A stretch of DNA of 64,000 nucleotides from the IMG/VR virus record IMGVR_UViG_3300045988_159773, one strand, 5' to 3'. The position numbers were made by a program, and so were the translations under genes. Each line of letters opens with the position of its first letter. Within the stretch, counting starts at the first letter, position 1. The notes below the pieces were generated by a model that made no database searches, was not told the origin of the DNA, and worked only from the letters and a program-made list of their open reading frames with translations. Source of the DNA: a virus. Below, in pieces: positions 58,567-64,000 of this stretch.

Positions 58567-60432
58567 CTACGAGAACTGTTTACCAAACTCCGCGATAAAT
58601 TGTTCGCGCGTATACGTAATTATTGCCCCATCGACAATCTTGGTCTCGTACTTTCCTTTGCCACCCTTTATCCAGTGGCTTTGAATGTTCAGCCCGCGAG
58701 CCACTTTGATGGGAAATTGAATGTCGTCAAGCGATGCCACTGGAATCGGAACGCACCGACAATTTCCCACAAAAATCGCTGGACAAAGTTGATAAATTCC
58801 AGTATAATGTTCAATGTTATGAACAAACAAAGAATCTATTCTTCTGACTTTTTTCACAAGGCGCACAAAATGCACACCATCGATAGAATCCCTATTTGCA
58901 AGGTCGCTTCCATCCTTGGATGCAAGAGCGACACGCTCAAGAATGGATTTATTCGTCTCGGACTCCCATTCACACTCAACATCCCCCCTGCGCAAAGCAA
59001 ACTCCCCTCGAATAAAATTATTGACAAATTTAATAAAGGTCAGTCTGTTCTCAGCCTTTCCAAAGAATTCAACGTCGACCGTGGAGTTATTGTGAGACTG
59101 CTCAACAACAACGGAATCAAAGAGCGTACTGGTAGCCAAGCCAATATTATCAGATTCCAAAACACACCGCAAGACCAACTCAAACAGCTCACCAAATCTG
59201 CCAATGAGACTCTGCGCGGCAGAAAGTACACCGCTGACGAACTCCACGCCCGCGCCCTTAAAAGAGAGGTCAACGGAACTATGCACGCGCACATCGGATT
59301 CTTTGAAAACGAAGTCCGACAGGAATTTGAAAAGTTCGGATATAAAGTCACTCCGCAAAAAGCTATCTACGGATACAATGTCGACCTCTTTATCAACGAT
59401 TCCGTCATTGTGGAAGTCGAACCCGTTGCTCAATTCCTTTTCAAGATGCCCAGCACACATAAAGGCAAAAAACTTAAAGAGCTGCTCAAAGGAAATTACA
59501 AGGTCATCTACATTGTTCCCATGAGCAAATCCGCGACTCCCTATAACATAGTCCCCCTCTTCCAACTCCTTGACCGAACGGAAACCGACTGGAGTCACGA
59601 ATGGGTGATTAGGTGTAACAGTGACGGTAATGCCATCATCGAAAGTTAAATCAAAGACTTCCCCCTCATACTCTCTGCGGTAAACCTTATTTATTCCGTA
59701 GAGAGTTTTTATTTCTGTTTCACCACTAAAACAATTAATGAACCGACCGCAGTGGTTCTGGTAGTTGTCAATCGTTGGCGGGTCATTCCAAAAGAACAGC
59801 ACCCCGTCCAGAATAGAGTGGGAACTACGCACCCGCGAGTCCTCGCTTGTCGACCAGATGTAAGCGTTCAGTCCGATTTTCTGCATACGTAATTGGGTAA
59901 GCGTCGAGGTGATTTTTGCAGACTCTGTGCGGATGATTACCCGCGCTCGCTTGCCCAGTCGCTCCGTCAGTTCTTTGGCAAACTCCGTACCGCGAAACGC
60001 CGTCCCTCTCTTATACGCCCTTTCCATATCGAGCGCGATGTCCTGCGGCAGGTCTTTGATTAAGGACACGTTATGCCTGAACGCCTCCATGAACCTGTCG
60101 TAGTCCTCTTTGTTGTTCAGCAGATTTTTCGCCCGCAAATTCAAGTACTTGTTCCGTGGATTCTGAATGAACGCGCCGACAATCAACTCGAACTCCTTGC
60201 CCGACTTTGCAAAAGTCGAGTTCGACAGGTTGAGGATGGATTGCTTCAACGGCTTTATGGTAAACTCGTGCAAAATCATATCAACCTCTTCGTATGATTT
60301 TGCCTTGCGAATGCGCGACGTAAGCTGTGCCTCGACTTGCGCTTTGAACGCCGCCGTCAGCAGATTCTCCTGTGTCCAATTCGATTTCAGTTTGCGATTT
60401 ATCTTCCTACGGAGTCTTTTCGTCAATTTCAT
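58567..60432 (-). CDS. MuF/SPP1-gp7-like minor head protein interrupted by a 324-aa intein
   Basis: MuF motifs ARVIIRTESAKI, SRVRSSHSILDG and FFWNDPP. The conserved H..CRC motif is split as NHCGRFIN | intein | CRCVPIPV. Confidence 0.8.
   Translation of the reverse strand: MKLTKRLRRKINRKLKSNWTQENLLTAAFKAQVEAQLTSRIRKAKSYEEVDMILHEFTIKPLKQSILNLSNSTFAKSGKEFELIVGAFIQNPRNKYLNLRAKNLLNNKEDYDRFMEAFRHNVSLIKDLPQDIALDMERAYKRGTAFRGTEFAKELTERLGKRARVIIRTESAKITSTLTQLRMQKIGLNAYIWSTSEDSRVRSSHSILDGVLFFWNDPPTIDNYQNHCGRFINCFSGETEIKTLYGINKVYRREYEGEVFDLTFDDGITVTVTPNHPFVTPVGFRSVKELEEGDYVIGSRGFAHGNNVDDLVISFEQLFKFFAFMCAGHLEKELSNGFDFHNDGIVDKEVDIVSVDSFLRSDFISELFKFLSDFVFKESDVRVHSSVDLSFKGAGVEFVSGVLSAAQSLIGRFGELFELVLRCVLESDNIGLATSTLFDSVVVEQSHNNSTVDVEFFGKAENRLTFIKFVNNFIRGEFALRRGDVECEWESETNKSILERVALASKDGSDLANRDSIDGVHFVRLVKKVRRIDSLFVHNIEHYTGIYQLCPAIFVGNCRCVPIPVASLDDIQFPIKVARGLNIQSHWIKGGKGKYETKIVDGAIITYTREQFIAEFGKQFS
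58780..58808 (+). promoter_or_regulatory. Plus-strand sigma-70-type promoter TGGACA-17-TATAAT in front of the antisense nuclease gene
   Basis: Hexamers and the 17-nt spacer were counted directly. The in-frame ATG at 58819 lies 11 nt after the -10 element, so the leader would be very short. Confidence 0.55.
58819..59649 (+). CDS. HTH plus PD-(D/E)xK-like nuclease (putative homing endonuclease), encoded antisense inside the intein
   Basis: MNKQRIYSS...IPICKVASILGCKSDTLKNGFIRLGL...SVLSLSKEFNVDRGVIVRLLNNNGI (two HTH-like segments) ...ENEVRQEFEKFGYKV...YNVDLFINDSVIVEVEP. It uses no TTA, CTA or TCA codons and has its own promoter. It is the only protein-like plus-strand ORF in the window. Confidence 0.6.
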   Translation: MNKQRIYSSDFFHKAHKMHTIDRIPICKVASILGCKSDTLKNGFIRLGLPFTLNIPPAQSKLPSNKIIDKFNKGQSVLSLSKEFNVDRGVIVRLLNNNGIKERTGSQANIIRFQNTPQDQLKQLTKSANETLRGRKYTADELHARALKREVNGTMHAHIGFFENEVRQEFEKFGYKVTPQKAIYGYNVDLFINDSVIVEVEPVAQFLFKMPSTHKGKKLKELLKGNYKVIYIVPMSKSATPYNIVPLFQLLDRTETDWSHEWVIRCNSDGNAIIES

Positions 60433-61382
60433 TTCAGCACCTCAATTACAAAACGCTCCGTCTCATCTCTACGATTTACCCAAGCGTCCTCTGTTATAAA
60501 ATAAAGGTGCACCCCCTTTTCCGCGCACCGAGCCAACTTAATTGAGTTAAACTCATCTGAGGTCATCCCCTTCTTTTTAAGCAACACCTCATCAGAATGC
60601 CAGTAAGTCCCATTATACTCAAAAGCAACAAACTTATCTGGAATCAAAATATCCAACTCAAGCGGCGGTATAAACGTACGTGTGTTTACATCAATATCGC
60701 AACCACACACAGACCGAACAAAATCCTCAAGCTCCCTCTGCTGCGCCTGATAATTCCTGACCCAATCAACCCCCAAACGAGCCAAAGCACGACGTGCATG
60801 ACCACTTCCACTAAAGCCAAAATAATCAATCAAACTATCGAAATCAACGTGCTTCCTTTCATCCACAAAACGCGCCTCGATAAACTCCCTTGTCAAGTCA
60901 TCCACATTCCGCATATGAATATGCTTGTTATGCTCGACCCCATACTTATCAAGCATAGTTTTACGCTTCTTCATAAGTGCCTCCTCACTGCCACCCCCGA
61001 ACGGAACACCATACCGCGCGACACATGTATCCTGAGCCTTCTTTTGAACAGCCACATTGCTAAATGGACTATTTCCACCAAACCGCTCCCTGTTTCTTTG
61101 TAAGGTTTTCTCCTTATTAGAACCCCACAACGCCACAGTAGAGCCGTACTTATCCATGCACGTTTGTTTCCTCTTCTCAATTGCTTTCTCAGTGTTTAGG
61201 GGGTTGCTATTCATGCACTGCAATTTTGCCGCACACGAACGACTACACGTGCCTTTCCAAATACTCTTCTCTTTTCCGCAAATAGGACAAGTGTCCATCG
61301 CATGAACGCACGATGGACACAAAGTAACTCTCATATTCCTAACATCAAACTCAGAGCCGCAATGCACACAAATCTTCTTCAT
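60429..61382 (-). CDS. Free-standing Zn-ribbon plus PD-(D/E)xK-like endonuclease (putative homing endonuclease)
   Basis: CVHCGS..CPSC..CPICG, repeated ..KYG.. units, and the C-terminal LELDILIPDKFVAFEYNGTYWHSD nuclease-like core. Start MKKICVHC at 61382 lies 6 nt after GTTATT. Confidence 0.55.
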   Translation of the reverse strand: MKKICVHCGSEFDVRNMRVTLCPSCVHAMDTCPICGKEKSIWKGTCSRSCAAKLQCMNSNPLNTEKAIEKRKQTCMDKYGSTVALWGSNKEKTLQRNRERFGGNSPFSNVAVQKKAQDTCVARYGVPFGGGSEEALMKKRKTMLDKYGVEHNKHIHMRNVDDLTREFIEARFVDERKHVDFDSLIDYFGFSGSGHARRALARLGVDWVRNYQAQQRELEDFVRSVCGCDIDVNTRTFIPPLELDILIPDKFVAFEYNGTYWHSDEVLLKKKGMTSDEFNSIKLARCAEKGVHLYFITEDAWVNRRDETERFVIEVLK

Positions 61383-61417
61383 AGTTAAAATAACAATCAG
61401 AGATGTATGTACCGTCA

Positions 61418-62761
61418 TTATTCAGAGTTTCGCTCGAACGCTTCTTGCTCCATTACCACATACCTATCCACAATTTCAGAGTTCGAAAAAGTAGCCTTCG
61501 CATGAGGATTAAAACCCGTAACAAAAAGACCATCCAACGAGCGCACACGACTGAACGCAACGTATACTTGCCCATTCATAAACATCCTTGAGCAATCAAT
61601 AAATGCCGCGTCAACCGACGTGCCCTGTGATTTATGTACGGTTATAGCATAAGCCAACCGCAACGGCAACTGGTTGATGGTTGCCAGCGTGACGTCAATT
61701 CCGCGCTCGTTTTTCTCGGTCGGATTAAAGATGGTCTCTTCTTCGACCGTGTACACGATGCCGCTGTCAAACCGCACGATGGGATTGCCGTAGGTATCGG
61801 AAAGCCCGAACCCCTCATCCTCCGTTCCAATGCCAGAGAACCCGATGACCTCACCCAGAGAGCCGTTGAACAGATACCCTCCGTCAACGTCCTTGTTCTT
61901 ACACATCATCACCCGCGCACCGACACGCAACACCAACTCCTCTGGAATTAGCGAGTCTTTCCAATACGCTCGAATAAGGTTCTCGTCTCCGTAGGAATCC
62001 GCGCGGAACTTTCGCTCCGTGGCGGGGTCAAGTTTGTTGAACTTGAACACATTGTACTGGTCAACCTCTGCGTTGGTCGAGAACAGCCGAATTGCCGTGT
62101 CATCGGCGGGAACCTCGCGCGACTTGATACGTGCAATGTCCTGCGCGTTCAACTTGTTGTACCTCAACCGAGTAAGGATACGGTAGAACTCGTCGTCCCC
62201 AGACTGACGGAAATTCGATGTCATAAGCATCGTCTTGATGTTTGCCTCTTTCCAACACTTGCAGTCCCAGCAGATTTTATCGTTGGCTGACGTGCCCTTA
62301 AACACAGGCGGCAACTGCAAAAAGTCACCGAACAGCGCGACCTGAACCCCGCCGAACGGAAGTGAGGAATCCCTCACCATCTTACAAATCTCGCTCACAC
62401 ACTCGAGCAGAGCGTCCGACACCATCGAAATCTCGTCGATTATGAGTAACTTTGCCGAACGGACAGCCCAACCCCGCTTACCAGCATCAACCTTATTCGC
62501 ACTCTCCTTTGCGTTCGGCGCACTGGGATTGATGAGGAACTGCGAGTGCAACGTGCGCCCGCCGACATTGTTCGCCGCGATGCCCGTGCTTGCCGTCGTC
62601 AATACTCGACCCTTGTAGTTCGCTCGTATGAAGTCAATAAGGAAAGACTTGCCAGCACCCGCGCGTGCGGTTACAAACAAGTTCTCCCCAGCATTGAGGG
62701 CGTCCCAGCACATCTTTTGGTCAACGCTTAATATTGAAGTGTCTACAATCCTTTCGTCCAT
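61418..62761 (-). CDS. Pif1/RecD/Dda-like superfamily 1 DNA helicase
   Basis: TARAGAGKSF (Walker A), ASTGIAANNVGGRTLHS, LLIIDEISMV (Walker B) and the C-terminal AITVHKSQGTSVD. Confidence 0.8.
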   Translation of the reverse strand: MDERIVDTSILSVDQKMCWDALNAGENLFVTARAGAGKSFLIDFIRANYKGRVLTTASTGIAANNVGGRTLHSQFLINPSAPNAKESANKVDAGKRGWAVRSAKLLIIDEISMVSDALLECVSEICKMVRDSSLPFGGVQVALFGDFLQLPPVFKGTSANDKICWDCKCWKEANIKTMLMTSNFRQSGDDEFYRILTRLRYNKLNAQDIARIKSREVPADDTAIRLFSTNAEVDQYNVFKFNKLDPATERKFRADSYGDENLIRAYWKDSLIPEELVLRVGARVMMCKNKDVDGGYLFNGSLGEVIGFSGIGTEDEGFGLSDTYGNPIVRFDSGIVYTVEEETIFNPTEKNERGIDVTLATINQLPLRLAYAITVHKSQGTSVDAAFIDCSRMFMNGQVYVAFSRVRSLDGLFVTGFNPHAKATFSNSEIVDRYVVMEQEAFERNSE

Positions 62762-62918
62762 GCTACCCTATACGCCTTTGTCACTCTATTTCGTCCGCCG
62801 TTTCCTCGTTCTTGCTCACGTCACTTCAAAAGCTCGCGAACACCTGCGACATGTAACCATCTCCACGTATTCCATAGCGTTGTCTTTGAACCACTGCAAA
62901 GGTTCAACCCTTATTATA

Positions 62919-63086
62919 TCACACCCCCTTCCAGACAACGCAGTACGGATACTTTTTGCTGTCCAGCCCTCCGAGATAAACGCATGCATCATAATCCTCG
63001 TCGTTCTTGTCGCAGAGGATGCCGCCGTCTTTCTTTACGCACTCCTCCGCCTGTTCCTTCGTTTCAAATACCTGAAACCTCGTCAT
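62919..63086 (-). CDS. Small protein consisting of one copy of the repeated small module (55 aa)
   Basis: My translation: MTRFQVFETKEQAEECVKKDGGILCDKNDEDYDACVYLGGLDSKKYPYCVVWKGV. RBS AAGGAGGA. Confidence 0.45.
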   Translation of the reverse strand: MTRFQVFETKEQAEECVKKDGGILCDKNDEDYDACVYLGGLDSKKYPYCVVWKGV

Positions 63087-63175
63087 GATAATTCCTCCTT
63101 GGCGAACCCGCCTAATCCTTTATACAAATACGGTCATAATAAGGAAAGCGGCGAGCTCTCGCCCGCCGCCACTTC

Positions 63176-63808
63176 TTAAAACCACGCCGACATCACTACG
63201 CCGTCTTCCCACTCGAGTACGAGGTCTTTCCCCGTGTCTTTCTTGAGGGCTTCCAGCAGACGTCCCTGAATCTTCTCGATGGTGCTTTCGGGCTTCTTGT
63301 ATTCCGCGCCGAACTCCTTTGCACCCGCGTGGCAAATTGCCATATCTTCCTCGTCCACGTTGATGTTAAACGCCTCGTTCTCGTCCCAGATTGTGATGTG
63401 CTTCTTGTCCGCCTTGAACTTGAAACGGAAACGGCTTTCCATATCGAGGATAAATCCGTCGTCCAACAGGTCAAACGTCCACGCGCTCAGCTCCTTGATT
63501 AAGGCTGTGAGGTTCGGGAACTGCACCGCCAACTCTTCGCTGATGGCGGGCTTGCGGCGGTAGCAGTGCTCGCACTCGTCGACCAAAATCAGTTTGTTCT
63601 CTTTGATGAACGGATTGGTCTTCGGCATCATTTTGCCGCACTTCTTACAGCAGGTCGTTATCTCGTAAATCGGTTCAACGATTGTCTCGACCTTAGCGAA
63701 TGGACACTCACGCCCGTCCTCGGTGCACCCGCCGCACTCTTCCAGAGCGCGGCACTCGGCTTCGTTTGTGCAGATGAGTCTCTTTCCTTTTCTTTCAAGC
63801 GTCTTCAT
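63176..63808 (-). CDS. Hypothetical Cys-rich protein
   Basis: 210 aa with several Cys clusters (CTNEAEC..ECGGC, CCKKCG, CEHC). Confidence 0.55.
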   Translation of the reverse strand: MKTLERKGKRLICTNEAECRALEECGGCTEDGRECPFAKVETIVEPIYEITTCCKKCGKMMPKTNPFIKENKLILVDECEHCYRRKPAISEELAVQFPNLTALIKELSAWTFDLLDDGFILDMESRFRFKFKADKKHITIWDENEAFNINVDEEDMAICHAGAKEFGAEYKKPESTIEKIQGRLLEALKKDTGKDLVLEWEDGVVMSAWF

Positions 63809-64000
63809 TAGTTCTTACCTCCCACAATAAGGTCATACAGTTTTGCTTTGAGTTCCACTATTTCTTTGTCTCTTTCCGCAATGATGGCGTCACGCGCCGC
63901 AACTTGCTCCGACAGCTCGGTCACATTGTGCACCTGGTTCATACAAACCTCGCGCAACTGCTCAATCTCTTTCGTAGCCGCCTCAAGCTCGGGATTCTCA
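63808..64000 (-). CDS. Coiled-coil protein; 5' end lies outside the window
   Basis: My translation of the minus strand: ...ENPELEAATKEIEQLREVCMNQVHNVTELSEQVAARDAIIAERDKEIVELKAKLYDLIVGGKN-stop. TAATG overlap with the next gene. Confidence 0.5.
   Translation of the reverse strand, partial: ENPELEAATKEIEQLREVCMNQVHNVTELSEQVAARDAIIAERDKEIVELKAKLYDLIVGGKN

Larger units (their letters stand above)
58762..59733 (-). mobile_element. Intein (Cys1 at 59733..59731; last residue Asn at 58764..58762; +1 Cys)
   Basis: Hint block A is CFSGETEIKT, block B is GITVTVTPNHPF, then VKELEEGDYVI. Blocks F/G are DSLFVHNIEHYTGIY...AIFVGN followed by C. The penultimate residue is Gly rather than His. I checked the codon coordinates against the sequence. 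Confidence 0.75.

Noticed and set aside
58900-59520. A conventional LAGLIDADG or HNH endonuclease domain in the intein reading frame
   Set aside because: The minus-frame translation of the intein interior has no LAGLIDADG-, HNH- or GIY-YIG-like motif, and its composition is typical of an antisense read.
1-64000. tRNA genes, rRNA, CRISPR arrays, integrase/attachment sites, transposases and a lysis cassette (holin/endolysin)
   Set aside because: Intergenic gaps are all short (under about 200 nt) and are explained by promoters, terminators or small ORFs. I saw no cloverleaf-like sequences, no spaced direct repeats, no tyrosine or serine recombinase motifs, and no recognisable endolysin. These features are either absent or lie outside the window.

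Overview
The window looks like one contiguous piece of a large tailed dsDNA phage genome. It is probably virulent: I saw no integrase, repressor, tRNA, rRNA or CRISPR array. About 95 tightly packed genes, many with ATGA/TAATG stop-start overlaps, are on the minus strand; only one plus-strand gene is credible. Strong AGGAGG Shine-Dalgarno sites and TGn extended -10 promoters suggest a Gram-positive-type host. In transcription order (right to left) I see five blocks. (1) 64.0-52.4 kb holds early/accessory genes: a Pif1/Dda-like helicase, an intein-containing MuF/SPP1-gp7 head protein, a methyltransferase-like protein, a Tpt1-like ART-fold protein, an MmcB-like nuclease and a DUF4031 protein. (2) 52.4-26.0 kb is the virion module: portal, sheath-like and tube-like proteins, a DUF2213 fusion protein, inorganic pyrophosphatase, large terminase, a G/GT chaperone pair with a -1 frameshift site, tape measure, baseplate, and two tail fibres. 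No major capsid protein was recognised. (3) 26.0-17.2 kb holds a sigma-70-family factor, DnaB-like helicase, RecA-like recombinase and an SSB-like protein. (4) 17.2-7.3 kb holds an HD hydrolase, MTA/SAH nucleosidase, clamp loader and small genes. (5) 7.3-0 kb holds an AsnB-like amidoligase, a GNAT-like protein, a compact MetK-like SAM synthetase, a lipoprotein and Mre11/Rad50-like SbcCD. Seven homing-endonuclease-type genes are scattered through the window (3 HNH, 2 GIY-YIG, 2 PD-(D/E)xK-like). The most unusual feature is the MuF intein at 58762-59733. Its interior is the exact codon-aligned antisense of a promoter-equipped HTH-nuclease gene. Other notable features are a dispersed SAM-metabolism gene set, a family of virion-module proteins built from a repeated small module with x-D-(S/T/A/G) junctions, and several recurrent regulatory motifs. 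All functional calls come from reading motifs by eye. No database search was run.
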